Numbered from the stretch's first letter, positions 19,496 through 29,850 are shown. The stretch is DNA of 64,000 nucleotides from Myxococcales bacterium (GCA_036488495.1 DASXHM010000276.1:176-64175); one strand, 5' to 3'. Translations and numbers: made by a program. Notes: generated by a model from the letters alone, not told the origin.

Positions 19496-21460
19496 ATGGC
19501 GGAGCGCAAAGGGAGCACCTTCATCGAAAACGTCCAGCCGCGGCTCGACTGCGGCCGCTTCCCGGTCAAGCGCGCGGCAGGAGAGCCGGTCCGGATCACG
19601 GCGGACATCTTCAAGGAGGGCCACGACGATCTCGCGGCCGTCGTTCGCTACTGGCAGATCACGCCGCGGAAGGGTGAAGCGCGCGAGCAGCCGATGAAGT
19701 TCAAAGGCAACGACGCCTGGGAGGCGGAGATCGTCCTCCCGGAAAACGGCGTCTACGCGTTCACCGTCGAGGCCTGGCCGGATTCGTTCCGCACCTGGGT
19801 CCATGAGCTCGGCCGCAAGCTGGAAGTGGGGCGCGACGTGTCGTCCGAGCTGCTCGAGGGCGCGGCCCTCCTCGACCAGGCAGCCGCCCGCGCGGAAAAG
19901 GCGGGCGCGCGAGCGGACGCGGAACGCCTGCGGGAGGGCCAGCGAAGCCTTGTCGACAAGCGCACCACCGTCGATCCGGGACTCGTGCAGTTGGCTGCCC
20001 GCCACCCCGACCGGTCGGTCGCCACCCAGCTCGACCGCGAGCTGCGCATCTACGCTGAGCGCTCGCGGGCGATGTTCAGCGCCTGGTACGAATTCTTTCC
20101 GCGCTCGGCGGGTCCGGCCGGGCGGCACGGCACCTTCCGCGATGCCGAGCGCCTCGTGCCCTACGTGAAGTCGCTCGGTTTCGACGTGGTTTATTTTCCG
20201 CCCATTCATCCCATTGGCCGCACCGCGCGAAAGGGCAAGAACAACTCGCTCTCGGCCGCGCCCGACGACGTGGGCAGCCCGTGGGCCATCGGCGGCCCCG
20301 AGGGCGGCCACAAAGCCATCCACCCGCAGCTCGGGACGCTGGAAGACTTCCGTCACTTCGTCATGGTCGCGGGGCTCGCGGGAATCGAAATCGCGCTCGA
20401 CATCGCCTTTCAGTGCTCTCCGGATCACCCCTACGTCAAGGAGCATCCGGAGTGGTTCCAAAGGCGCCCGGACGGGACCATCAAGACCGCCGAGAACCCG
20501 CCCAAGCGTTACGAAGACATCGTCAACTTCGATTGGATGGGACCCGCGCGGGAAGCGCTCTGGACCGAGCTGCGGTCGGTCTTCTTCCATTGGATCGACG
20601 AAGGAGTGCGCATCTTCCGCGTCGACAACCCGCACACGAAGCCGCTGCCCTTCTGGGAGTGGGTCATCGCAGAAGTGCACCGGGCGCACCCGGACGTGAT
20701 CTTCCTCGCCGAGGCCTTTACCCGCCCCAAGGTGATGAAGGCGCTCGCCAAGGTCGGGTTCAATCAATCGTACAGCTATTTCACCTGGCGCAATTTCAAG
20801 CCCGAGCTCGAGGACTATCTCACCGAGCTGACCCAACGCGCTCCGGCCGACTACATGATCGCGAACCTCTGGCCGAACACGCCCGACATCCTCCCCGAGC
20901 ACCTTCAGCACGGCGGGCGTCCGGCCTTTCTGCTGCGCTCCGCGCTGGCAGCGACGCTGAGCTCGTCCTGGGGCATCTATTCGGGTTTCGAGCTGTGCGA
21001 GAACCGCGCCCTCCCCGGCAAGGAAGAATACGCCGACTCGGAAAAGTACCAGCTCGTGAATCGCGACTTCGAGCGCGAAGGCAACATCCGCGATTGGATC
21101 ACGCGGCTCAATCGCGCCCGCCGCGAGCACCCGGCGCTTTGGTATTACAAGAACCTCCGCTTCCACCGCGCCGACAACGACCGTGTCATCTTCTATTCCA
21201 AGATGCACGAGACGAGCGCCGTGCTCGTCGCCGTCAGCCTCGACCCGTATGCGCCCCAGGACGCGATCGTCCACCTGCCGCTCGAGACGCTCGGGATTCC
21301 GCCCGAGGAAACCTACCAGGTGCACGAGCTCCTCTCGGACACGCGGGCGCTCTGGCAGGGTCCGACGGCGCTGGTGCAGCTCACGCCGGAGAAGCCGGCG
21401 GCCATCTACGCGCTGCACCGATTCCAGCGCTCCGAACAAGGCTTCGACTACTACTTCTAG
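19496..21460 (+). CDS. glgE: Alpha-1,4-glucan:maltose-1-phosphate maltosyltransferase
   Basis: Characteristic N-terminus (IENVQPRLDCGRFPVKR), GH13 core (FRVDNPHTKP, FLAEAFTRPKVM) and the WPNTPDIL motif. Confidence 0.85.
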   Translation: MAERKGSTFIENVQPRLDCGRFPVKRAAGEPVRITADIFKEGHDDLAAVVRYWQITPRKGEAREQPMKFKGNDAWEAEIVLPENGVYAFTVEAWPDSFRTWVHELGRKLEVGRDVSSELLEGAALLDQAAARAEKAGARADAERLREGQRSLVDKRTTVDPGLVQLAARHPDRSVATQLDRELRIYAERSRAMFSAWYEFFPRSAGPAGRHGTFRDAERLVPYVKSLGFDVVYFPPIHPIGRTARKGKNNSLSAAPDDVGSPWAIGGPEGGHKAIHPQLGTLEDFRHFVMVAGLAGIEIALDIAFQCSPDHPYVKEHPEWFQRRPDGTIKTAENPPKRYEDIVNFDWMGPAREALWTELRSVFFHWIDEGVRIFRVDNPHTKPLPFWEWVIAEVHRAHPDVIFLAEAFTRPKVMKALAKVGFNQSYSYFTWRNFKPELEDYLTELTQRAPADYMIANLWPNTPDILPEHLQHGGRPAFLLRSALAATLSSSWGIYSGFELCENRALPGKEEYADSEKYQLVNRDFEREGNIRDWITRLNRARREHPALWYYKNLRFHRADNDRVIFYSKMHETSAVLVAVSLDPYAPQDAIVHLPLETLGIPPEETYQVHELLSDTRALWQGPTALVQLTPEKPAAIYALHRFQRSEQGFDYYF

Positions 21461-21469
21461 AGGCTCGCG

Positions 21470-22735
21470 ATGGATTTCGAAGCGCTGCCGGCGTGGCTTG
21501 TGACCCGGCGCTGGTTCGGGGGAAAAGATGCGGCCATCGCCGGGGTGACCGCGGCGGACGAGGCGCTGGTGGGCGACCTGCGGGTGTTGACGCTCGAAGT
21601 CACCTATCGCGACCGGCCGAAGGAGCGATATCTCTTGCCCATGCGCGGCGAGAGCCTGGACGAGGCGCTCGACGAAGAGGCCTGCCGCGCGCTCTTCGAG
21701 GTGGTCCGCGGCAGCCGTGAGATCAAGACCCGCAGGGGCCGGCTGCGCGGCGAGAACTTCGACGCGGCCTTGGATGCGGTGGGAAGGCCGCCGCGGGTGC
21801 GCCGCCTGACCGCGGAGCAGAGCAACACCTCCATCGTCTTCGACGACGCGGTGATCCTGAAGCTCATCCGCAAGCTCGAGCCCGGCCGCAATCCGGAGCT
21901 GGAGGTGGGCGCGAAGCTCAAACAGCGCGGGTTCCGGGCGACGCCCACCCTGCTCGGCGCGCTCACCCTGGAGACGGACGGCGAGGCGACGGTTGGCGTC
22001 GCGCACCGCTTCGTCCACGTCGACGGCGACGGCTGGTCGTACGTGCTCTCGGCATTGAAGGGCGATGCGCAAAAGCTTCTCGGCGAAGTCCGCGAGCTGG
22101 GAGCGCGAGTGGGCGAATTGCACGTGGCCCTGGCGGACCCGAGCGACCCGGCGTTCGCTCCCGAGCCGATCGGCGAAGCCGATCTGCGGCGCTGGACCGC
22201 TACCCTCGCACGCGAATTGGAGAGGACGCTGCGGGTAGCGTCCGCGGCCGTCCCGGAGCTGTCGCGCCGCCGCGAAGGGCTGGAGTCGCACATCGCTCGG
22301 CTCGCCAGGACGCCGCCCGCGGGAGTGCGGCTACGGCAGCACGGCGATCTCCATCTCGGCCAGGTGCTGCGCAGCGACGGAGCGTGGCTGATCTTCGACT
22401 TCGAGGGCGAGCCGGCGCGACCGCTCGCAGAGCGGCGGGAAAAGTATCCGCCGCTGAAAGATGTGGCGGGAATGCTCCGATCGTTCGCCTATGCCATCGC
22501 CACCGTCGAGCGGAGCGGCAGCACGGTCTCGGCGTCGCGAAAGGCCATCCGCGAAGCATTTCTCGATGGATACCGTTCGCGCGCGGCGGCGCTCTTGCCC
22601 GCGGACCAACGCGGCACAGCGCTCTTGCTTGAGCTCTTCGAGCTGGAAAAGCTCCTGTACGAGCTGCGCTACGAAGTGGGCCACCGCCCCGATTGGATTG
22701 GAATTCCCGCCCGAGACCTTCTCCAGGAGGCCTGA
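21470..22735 (+). CDS. mak: Maltokinase (Mak/Pep2-type, stand-alone)
   Basis: TAEQSNTSIVFDDAVILKLIRKLEPGRNPELEVG and the kinase catalytic region HGDLHLGQVL...IFDFEGEP. It starts 9 nt after the glgE stop. Confidence 0.8.
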   Translation: MDFEALPAWLVTRRWFGGKDAAIAGVTAADEALVGDLRVLTLEVTYRDRPKERYLLPMRGESLDEALDEEACRALFEVVRGSREIKTRRGRLRGENFDAALDAVGRPPRVRRLTAEQSNTSIVFDDAVILKLIRKLEPGRNPELEVGAKLKQRGFRATPTLLGALTLETDGEATVGVAHRFVHVDGDGWSYVLSALKGDAQKLLGEVRELGARVGELHVALADPSDPAFAPEPIGEADLRRWTATLARELERTLRVASAAVPELSRRREGLESHIARLARTPPAGVRLRQHGDLHLGQVLRSDGAWLIFDFEGEPARPLAERREKYPPLKDVAGMLRSFAYAIATVERSGSTVSASRKAIREAFLDGYRSRAAALLPADQRGTALLLELFELEKLLYELRYEVGHRPDWIGIPARDLLQEA

Positions 22736-24940
22736 GTGAGACGGCCAGCCGAAGTCGCAGCCAGCGAAGCAGAGATCCGCCGCATCGTCGAGCTGTCCCA
22801 CGCGGATCCGCATTCGGTGCTCGGCATCCATCCCGACCCGACGGGCGTGGTGATCCGCACCTATCGCCCGGACGCCACCTCGGTGACGGTCCTGCCCTCG
22901 TTCGGCGGCGAAGTGCCGGCCCGGCACCGTTTCGGAGGAGTGTGGGAGGCGCGGCTCAACGCCAAGCCGGAGGCCTTCGAATACCTGCTGCGGGTCGAAT
23001 ATCCGGGCGGAGCGCGCTTCACCTTCCGCGATCCGTACGCCTTCTTGCCCACCTTCGGCGATCTGGATCTGCACCTCGTCTCCGAGGGGCGCCACGAGCG
23101 CATCTGGGAGCGGATGGGCGCGCACCCGCGGCATCACCAGGGACACTTCGGCACCTCTTTCGCGGTCTGGGCCCCTTCGGCGAAATCAGTGTCGGTGGTG
23201 GGCGACTTCAACTCCTGGGACGGGCGGCTGCACCAGATGCGCAGCATCGGCTCGACCGGGGTGTGGGAGCTGTTCGTCCCCGAGGTCTCGGCGGGCGCGC
23301 GCTACAAGTACGAAGTGCGTCCGCAGACCGGGCCGCATCTGTTGAAAGCCGATCCGTACGCCTTCCGCACCGAGACGCCGCCGGCCACCGCATCGGTCGT
23401 GCACGACCTCGACCGTTACCTCTGGAAAGACGGCGCCTGGATGGCAGCCCGGCGGGACAAGGATCCAATCCGCCAGCCGGTTTCGATCTACGAGGTGCAC
23501 CTCAGCTCCTGGCGGCGGGTCATCGAGGAAGGAAATCGCCCGCTCTCCTGGAGGGAGGCGGGGGCGCAGCTCGCGGCGTACGTGAAGCAGATGGGCTTCA
23601 CCCACGTCGAGCTGCTGCCGGTCGCCGAGCACCCCTTCGGCGGATCGTGGGGCTATCAGGTGACGGGATATTTTTCGCCCACCGCGCGCCACGGCCACCC
23701 CGACGATTTCAAGGCCTTGGTGGACGAGCTCCACCAGAACGGCATCGGGGTGATCGTCGACTGGGTGCCGGCCCATTTCCCCAAGGACGCGCACGCCCTC
23801 GCCCGCTTCGACGGCACCGCGCTGTACGAGCACGAGGATCCGCGGATGGGAGCGCATCCCGACTGGGGCACGCTGGTCTTCAATTACGGCCGCAACGAAG
23901 TGCGCAACTTCCTGCTCGCCTCGGCGCTGTTCTGGTTCGACCAGTATCACGTCGACGGGCTGCGGGTGGACGCGGTCGCGAGCATGCTTTACCGCGATTA
24001 CTCGCGCAAACCCGGCGAATGGATTCCCAACAAGTACGGTGGAAGGGAAAACGAAGAAGCGATCGCCTTTCTCAAGGAGGTCAACGAGCGCGTCCGCGAT
24101 CTGCACCCGGGCGCGCTGATGATCGCCGAGGAATCGACCGCCTTTCCCAAGGTCACCCACCGCGCCCGCGACGGAGGGCTCTCCTTCCATTACAAGTGGA
24201 GCCTGGGCTGGATGCACGACACGCTGGAGTACTTCTCGGCGAATCCGGTGTATCGGAAGTGGCACCACCACAAATTGACCTTCACCATGGTCTACGTCTT
24301 CAGCGAGAACTTCCTTCTCCCGCTCTCGCACGACGAGGTGGTGCACGGCAAAGGCTCGCTCCTCGGCAAGATGCCCGGCGACGACTGGCAGCAGTTCGCA
24401 AACCTGCGCGCGCTGTACGGCTTCATGTGGGCGCACCCGGGAAAGAAGCTGCTCTTCATGGGCGGCGAATTCGCGCAGCGCAAAGAATGGAATCACGACG
24501 TCAGCCTGGACTGGCACCTGCTCGACGCCGGACGGCACGCGGGGGTCAATACGCTCGTGAAAGACCTCAACCGGCACCTCGTCAGCGAGCCGGCGCTGTT
24601 CGAGCTGGATGGCGAAGGCAGCGGATTCGAATGGCTGCAGCCCGATTCCGCGGACGTGAACGTCTATGCCTTCGTCCGCTGGTCGCAGGACCGCAAACAG
24701 CACCTGGTCTGCGTCGCGAACCTGTCGCCCGCGCCGCGGAGCGGCTATCGCATCGGCATGCCCAAGGCGGGACGTTACCTGGAGCTGCTCAATTCGGATG
24801 CCGACGTGTACGGCGGATCGGGAACCGGCAACGGCGGCGCGGTGATGGCGGAGGCCGTGCCGGCGGACCGGCAGCCCAACTCGGCGGTGATGACCCTGCC
24901 GCCGCTCGCGGTCCTCTGGTTCAAGCCCGAAGGTGACTGA
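22736..24940 (+). CDS. glgB: 1,4-alpha-glucan branching enzyme
   Basis: GH13 branching-enzyme motifs: DWVPAHFP, GLRVDAVASMLY, IAEESTAFP, PLSHDEVVHGK. The GTG directly abuts the mak stop. Confidence 0.9.
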   Translation: MRRPAEVAASEAEIRRIVELSHADPHSVLGIHPDPTGVVIRTYRPDATSVTVLPSFGGEVPARHRFGGVWEARLNAKPEAFEYLLRVEYPGGARFTFRDPYAFLPTFGDLDLHLVSEGRHERIWERMGAHPRHHQGHFGTSFAVWAPSAKSVSVVGDFNSWDGRLHQMRSIGSTGVWELFVPEVSAGARYKYEVRPQTGPHLLKADPYAFRTETPPATASVVHDLDRYLWKDGAWMAARRDKDPIRQPVSIYEVHLSSWRRVIEEGNRPLSWREAGAQLAAYVKQMGFTHVELLPVAEHPFGGSWGYQVTGYFSPTARHGHPDDFKALVDELHQNGIGVIVDWVPAHFPKDAHALARFDGTALYEHEDPRMGAHPDWGTLVFNYGRNEVRNFLLASALFWFDQYHVDGLRVDAVASMLYRDYSRKPGEWIPNKYGGRENEEAIAFLKEVNERVRDLHPGALMIAEESTAFPKVTHRARDGGLSFHYKWSLGWMHDTLEYFSANPVYRKWHHHKLTFTMVYVFSENFLLPLSHDEVVHGKGSLLGKMPGDDWQQFANLRALYGFMWAHPGKKLLFMGGEFAQRKEWNHDVSLDWHLLDAGRHAGVNTLVKDLNRHLVSEPALFELDGEGSGFEWLQPDSADVNVYAFVRWSQDRKQHLVCVANLSPAPRSGYRIGMPKAGRYLELLNSDADVYGGSGTGNGGAVMAEAVPADRQPNSAVMTLPPLAVLWFKPEGD

Positions 24941-26528
24941 CGCGGTCCGCGAGGCGCTGTCGGCGCTGGGCATCCGCCGGTTGCTCCTGGCGGTGCACGA
25001 CGCCTCGCTGCCCGCCGGCCCCGACGACTGCGGCCACGGCGCCCCGCTGTCCGACGGCGGGCGCGCGTTCTTGCGCTTTGCCGCGCGGCTCGGATTCCAC
25101 GGGATTCAATTCGGGCCGCAAGGCGAGACGACTGCCTACGATCCGTCTCCCTATGATTCGACGCTGTTCTCGCGCAACCCGCTTTCGATCGGCCTGTTGC
25201 GCATGGTGGAGGACGGCCTCCTCCCGGCGGCGGCGTTCGCGGACATCTGCAGCGGAGCGCCGGGGCCAGAGCGCGCGGATCATGGGTTCGCCGAAAAGGC
25301 GGTCGCGCGCGCGATGCAGGCTGCCTTTCGGGAATTGCCCGAGCTGGGCGAGTTCGTCGCCCGCAACGGCGACTGGATCGGGCGCTATCGCTTGTCGCGC
25401 GAGCAGCAGTTCGCGCAATGGGTGGCGCACGATCAGCACCGGCGTTTCGCCGAGCTTGCGCATGAGCTCGGGCTGGTCCTCGCAGGGGATCTGCAGATCG
25501 GCGTCTCCGTCCGCGACGCGGCCGCGTTTTCCGAGCTGCTCCACCCGAGCCTTTTGCTCGGTGCTCCGCCGAGCAGGACGAACCCGGAGGGCCAGCCGTG
25601 GGGCTATCGCATCCTCGATCCGGATTCGCCTTTGGCCGGCGTCGCCTTCCAGCGGGCGCGCGCCGAAAAGCTCCTCTCCGAGTTCGACCTGCTCCGCGTC
25701 GACCATCCGCACGGCCTGATCGACCCCTGGGTGTACACGGGCGACGTCCGGGAGGGATCGCGGCTGTCGTCGTCACCCGACGTGTTTCCACAGTGGGCAA
25801 TTGCGCGCGAGGATCAGATCGATCGGACGCAGCCGCGGCACGCCGACGGTTGGGTGCGCGCGCTCGAGCCTGCGCAAGTCGATCGATATGCGCTGACCTT
25901 CGATGCCGTGGTCGCCGCCGCGGGGTCTGCTGATCGACTCATCGTCGAGATCCTCAGCACCCAACCCTACCCGGTCCGGCGCGTGCTCGAGCGCCACGGC
26001 CTCGGCCAGTTTCGCGTCACGCAGAAGGCCGATCCGCGCAACCATGGCGACGTCTACCGCTCGGCGACGGCGCGCCCGCAGGATTGGATCGCGGTGGGCA
26101 CGCACGATACGGAGCCCATCTGGCGGGTCACCCGGCGCTGGGTCGAAACAGGCGGCGGTGCGGCACACGCAGAATATCTCGGCGAGCGGCTGCGCATCGA
26201 CCCCCGGCCGCTGGCGCAGGATGCCTACGCCCTTGCGCGCGCGCAGCTCGCCGACCTCTTCGTCGGGCCCGCGCAGCAGGTGTTGATCTTCTTTCCCGAT
26301 CTCTTGGGAATGGCCGACGTCTACAACCGGCCGGGGGTAGTGAGCCCGGAGAATTGGACGCTGCGCGTGCCGGCGCGCTTCGAAAGCGAGTACCGGCAGG
26401 CGGTGGCCGAAGGGCGCGCGCTGCACCTGCCCTCAGCGCTCGCGTCGGCCATCCGCGCGCGCGGCCCTTCGTTCGCGGCGGCGCACACGGCGCTCCTGGC
26501 ACGGCTGGAAGCGGCAGCGCTACCGTAG
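24933..26528 (+). CDS. GH77-like 4-alpha-glucanotransferase (amylomaltase-like)
   Basis: The GTG overlaps the glgB 3' end by 8 nt. GH77-like segments are present: DPSPYDSTLFSRNPLSI, LLRVDHPHGLIDPW, VGTHDTEP, FFPDLLGM...PGVVSPENWTLRVP. The protein is divergent, so this is a family-level call only. Confidence 0.65.
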   Translation: MTDAVREALSALGIRRLLLAVHDASLPAGPDDCGHGAPLSDGGRAFLRFAARLGFHGIQFGPQGETTAYDPSPYDSTLFSRNPLSIGLLRMVEDGLLPAAAFADICSGAPGPERADHGFAEKAVARAMQAAFRELPELGEFVARNGDWIGRYRLSREQQFAQWVAHDQHRRFAELAHELGLVLAGDLQIGVSVRDAAAFSELLHPSLLLGAPPSRTNPEGQPWGYRILDPDSPLAGVAFQRARAEKLLSEFDLLRVDHPHGLIDPWVYTGDVREGSRLSSSPDVFPQWAIAREDQIDRTQPRHADGWVRALEPAQVDRYALTFDAVVAAAGSADRLIVEILSTQPYPVRRVLERHGLGQFRVTQKADPRNHGDVYRSATARPQDWIAVGTHDTEPIWRVTRRWVETGGGAAHAEYLGERLRIDPRPLAQDAYALARAQLADLFVGPAQQVLIFFPDLLGMADVYNRPGVVSPENWTLRVPARFESEYRQAVAEGRALHLPSALASAIRARGPSFAAAHTALLARLEAAALP

Positions 26529-26645
26529 CGGCCCCGCCGATTCGGACGTGAGTCCGACGGGAGCGCTCGCACGCTCGTTGCAGGCGCGCAAAGGCGTGCC
26601 AATGCTTTCAAAGATTTGAACGAACAGCCAAAACAAGGGGATCAC

Positions 26646-26903
26646 ATGCGTCGTTTCATCGGAACACTCGCTGCAGCATCGCTCCTGGTCGGGTCCGCCT
26701 CCTTCGCCGCCGAAGATCAGGCCGCGACCACCCAGCAGACGGATCAGAAGCCCGCCAAGCACCACAGCGTGATGAAGGGCGCGGCCGCGGGCGCGGTCGG
26801 CGGCCACTTCGTCGGCAAGGGCCACGCCAAGTCCGGCGCAGCCGCGGGCGCGCTGTATCAGCACCACAAGAACAAGAAGGAAGAGAAGGCCGCCAAGGAG
26901 TAG
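26646..26903 (+). CDS. Small secreted Gly/Ala/His/Lys-rich protein (85 aa)
   Basis: AAGGGG lies upstream of the ATG at 26646. Signal peptide MRRFIGTLAAASLLVGSASFAAE, then a low-complexity mature part. Confidence 0.5.
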   Translation: MRRFIGTLAAASLLVGSASFAAEDQAATTQQTDQKPAKHHSVMKGAAAGAVGGHFVGKGHAKSGAAAGALYQHHKNKKEEKAAKE

Positions 26904-27001
26904 TTGGCGCCGCCCGGGGCGCGCAGCCTGAGGCTGCCGCAGGCTCCGGCTCAAACCGCAAGCTGTGCGTCGCGAACCGCTGCAAGCTCAGCGGTTCGCG
27001 T

Positions 27002-27751
27002 TCACATCCCAAGTCCGACGGAGACGTGCTTCTTCGACAGCTCCACGACCGGGTGAAGACCGTACTTTCCCGGCGGGTGCACGGCACTCATGAACACGCC
27101 GGTCAGAATCCAAGCCACAATCAACGCGACAGCGGGCCACCTCCAGGAGACGCGGTGCATCGCAGCCAGCGCCAGCACCAGCACGACCGCGAAAAAGATG
27201 GAGGGGCCCAGGATCGCGACCGAGATGAGCGGAACGCCAAACCGCGCCTGGCTGACGGCTGAGAGCGGTTTGCGATAACTCAACTGGATGAGGGCGAGCA
27301 TCGCCGTGGCCAGCACCTGCGCGACGCCCGCGCCATACAGCGCTGCGGCAACCGAATCGAGCGCCGATCTGCGCGAGCCGCGCACGCGCAACACGGCGTG
27401 GACGAGGAGCGCAAGCACGGTCGCATGCAGGTAAGGACCTGCGGCATCGAGAAGGTCGCCAGCCAGCGAGGGATCGGACTTGCCCGGCTCCGGCCAGAAC
27501 CGATCCAACTGACCCAGCGCGCCGACGACGGCCAGCGAAGTGGCAAAGAACCCAAGCGGGTTCATCGCGCCGCCGCCGTTCACCCAATCCGCACCGAACC
27601 GGCCCGGGTGGCAGGCGACGTCGAAGGCCGTGGCGCAGAAGGAGCGCGCCTCGGTCCACGCTGAATCAATCGCCTCGCGCACCCAATTCCGCTGCGGCAT
27701 CCCCTCGGTCAATGCTCCTTTTGAATCCACCGTAGGTCGTATCACCGGCAT
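27002..27751 (-). CDS. Polytopic membrane protein (249 aa; alternative start 27700)
   Basis: C-terminal section of track ORF 27002..28690, with 5-6 hydrophobic helices. The remainder of that ORF is antisense to the SDR gene. Confidence 0.5.
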   Translation of the reverse strand: MPVIRPTVDSKGALTEGMPQRNWVREAIDSAWTEARSFCATAFDVACHPGRFGADWVNGGGAMNPLGFFATSLAVVGALGQLDRFWPEPGKSDPSLAGDLLDAAGPYLHATVLALLVHAVLRVRGSRRSALDSVAAALYGAGVAQVLATAMLALIQLSYRKPLSAVSQARFGVPLISVAILGPSIFFAVVLVLALAAMHRVSWRWPAVALIVAWILTGVFMSAVHPPGKYGLHPVVELSKKHVSVGLGM

Positions 27752-27766
27752 TCTCGGGATGGTAGG

Positions 27767-28552
27767 GTGCGTCGTTCGCGCAAGGAGCCGAGCATAGAAC
27801 CCGCGCCGGTCGTCGATCTCTCGGGAAAGGTTGCCATCGTCACCGGCGCCGCGCGCGGCATCGGCCGGGCGACCTGCCTGCGCATGGCTGCGCTCGGTGC
27901 ATCGGTCGCCGTCAACGTGCGCGATGGCGAACGGGCTCGCGAGCTGGCGGATACATTGGGCGAGCGCGCGCTGGCGGTCCCCGGCGACGTCGCCGCCGGC
28001 GGAGTTCCGGCGCGGGTGGTGCGAGAGACCTTCGACCGGTTCGGCCGGGTGGACATCGTCGTCAACAACGCGGCCCTCGCCCGATCCACCCGCTTTCCCG
28101 ACCTGAGCGCGGAGGAGTTTCGCCTGGCGCTGGAAGTGAACGTGATGGCGCCGTTCCTCTTCACCCAGGCCGCGCTGCCGATCATGAAGGCGCAGGGCTT
28201 CGGCCGGATCGTCAACATCTCGTCGTCGGCGGGACGCACCGTGAGCACGCTCGGCGGCGCGCACTACACCGCGTCGAAAGCGGGGCTGCTCGGGCTCACC
28301 CGCGCCAGCGCCAAGGAATTGGGAAAGTATGGCATCACCGTCAATGCCATCTGCCCCGGGATGATCGACACCGAGCTGACTCGCGAGAATGCCTCGGACG
28401 ATTTGCTGCAGCGGCTCGCGGCGAGCTATCCGGTGCCGCGGCTCGGAACGGCCGAGGAGGTGGCCGACCTGATCTGCTTCGTCGCCTCCGACTCCGCGGG
28501 CTATCTCACCGGGACGTCGCTCGACATCAACGGCGGCGACCTGATGATCTGA
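27767..28552 (+). CDS. Short-chain dehydrogenase/reductase (FabG-like)
   Basis: VAIVTGAARGIGRA cofactor motif, NNAA, and catalytic YTASKAG. Confidence 0.85.
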   Translation: MRRSRKEPSIEPAPVVDLSGKVAIVTGAARGIGRATCLRMAALGASVAVNVRDGERARELADTLGERALAVPGDVAAGGVPARVVRETFDRFGRVDIVVNNAALARSTRFPDLSAEEFRLALEVNVMAPFLFTQAALPIMKAQGFGRIVNISSSAGRTVSTLGGAHYTASKAGLLGLTRASAKELGKYGITVNAICPGMIDTELTRENASDDLLQRLAASYPVPRLGTAEEVADLICFVASDSAGYLTGTSLDINGGDLMI

Positions 28553-29766
28553 TGACGGAAAACAAGCGCGTTCTATTGGCGCTGGCATTGGCCGTCGCCA
28601 TCGGCATCTCGATCGCCTTGAGCGGCAATCCGGTTGCGCTGCGCGCGGCGGACCTGGTCGCGCCCATCGGCACCCTTTGGGTGAATGCAATCCGGATGAC
28701 GGTCATTCCCTTGATCGTCGCGCTGCTCGTCACCGGAGTCTCGTCGACCGCCGCGACCGCTCTCGGCCGCATCGGCGCCCGCACCATCGCAGCGTTCGTG
28801 TTGCTCGGGAGCTTCATGGCCGCGGTGATGATGCCGCTCCTCGCGGCGGCGTTCAGCTTGCTCCCCGCGAGCGGTGCTCGACCAGTCTTGCCGCCGGGAG
28901 CGGCCGAGGCGGCGGAACAACTCGCCGGCGCGCAGGAGCATGGCTTCGTCTCCTGGCTGACCGGGCTCATTCCCGTCAATCCCATTTCGGCGGCGGCGAG
29001 CGGGTCGATGCTGCAGCTCGTGCTCTTCACGCTGCTGTTCGCGGCGGCATTGTCGCAGGTGCCGGCTCCGCGGCGGGAGCCGGTCTTGGGCTTCTTCAGC
29101 GGACTTGCGGAGGCAATGCTGGTGCTGGTTCGCTGGATCATCGCCCTCGCGCCCGCGGGCGTCTTCGCGCTCGTGCTTCCACTCGCGGCGCGGACCGGTC
29201 AAGACCTGGTCGGCGCGATCGGCTTCTACATCGTGGCGTACTCGGTCGCGTGCGTCGTCGCCATGCTCGTGCTTTCTCCAATCGTTGCTTTGATTGCGCG
29301 ACTGCCGGTCGGACGGTATGCGCGGGCGCTGTTGCCGTCGCAGCTCATCGCCTTCAGCTCCAGCTCGTCGATCGCGACCCTGCCGTCGGTGGTGGAAAGC
29401 GCGGAGGAGCTCGAGCTGCCGGCGCCGGTGATTGGATTCGTCGTTCCGCTCGCCGCGTCCATCTTCAAGATCGCGGCGCCCGTCTCCTGGGCGGCCGGCG
29501 CGCTGTTCGTCGGACGATTGTATGGAGTTCCAATCGGTTTCGGCGGCCTTTGTGCAATCGCCTTCGCCGCGGTCTTCCTCAGCTTCGGGGTGCCCGGCAT
29601 CCCGCGCGGCGCGTTCATCCTCTTGACGCCGCTCTTCGTGGCGCTCGGTCTTCCCGTCGAAGGGATTGGGATCCTCATCGCTGTCGACGCCATTCCCGAC
29701 ACCTTCGCGACCGCGCTGAACGTCAGCGGCCACCTGGCGGCCACCGCGCTGGTGGCCCGTTCCTGA
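28552..29766 (+). CDS. Dicarboxylate/amino acid:cation symporter (DAACS family)
   Basis: About 8 TM segments plus re-entrant loop patterns (SSSSIATLP, GVPGIPRGAF, DAIPDTFATALNVSGH). The ATG overlaps the SDR stop by 1 nt. Confidence 0.8.
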   Translation: MTENKRVLLALALAVAIGISIALSGNPVALRAADLVAPIGTLWVNAIRMTVIPLIVALLVTGVSSTAATALGRIGARTIAAFVLLGSFMAAVMMPLLAAAFSLLPASGARPVLPPGAAEAAEQLAGAQEHGFVSWLTGLIPVNPISAAASGSMLQLVLFTLLFAAALSQVPAPRREPVLGFFSGLAEAMLVLVRWIIALAPAGVFALVLPLAARTGQDLVGAIGFYIVAYSVACVVAMLVLSPIVALIARLPVGRYARALLPSQLIAFSSSSSIATLPSVVESAEELELPAPVIGFVVPLAASIFKIAAPVSWAAGALFVGRLYGVPIGFGGLCAIAFAAVFLSFGVPGIPRGAFILLTPLFVALGLPVEGIGILIAVDAIPDTFATALNVSGHLAATALVARS

Positions 29767-29814
29767 CGTGCACCTGGCCACCCGTCGAGCACCGAGGACG
29801 GTCCTACTGCAAGC

Positions 29815-29850
29815 CGAAAAGCCACGCCTTGCCAAAGGGCGTGGCTTCTC
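29815..29850 (-). terminator. GC-rich hairpin between convergent genes, with a T-run on the minus-strand side
   Basis: AAGCCACGCC(TT)...(AA)GGGCGTGGCTT stem of at least 10 bp, preceded on the plus strand by AAAA. On the minus strand this becomes hairpin plus TTTTCGG. Confidence 0.5.

Noticed and set aside
26586-26601. Minus-strand TGGCACGCCTTTGCGC, resembling a sigma-54 promoter
   Set aside because: The GG-to-GC spacing is 9 nt rather than the strict 10 nt. The element also points into the 3' end of the GH77 gene, with no downstream gene to serve.
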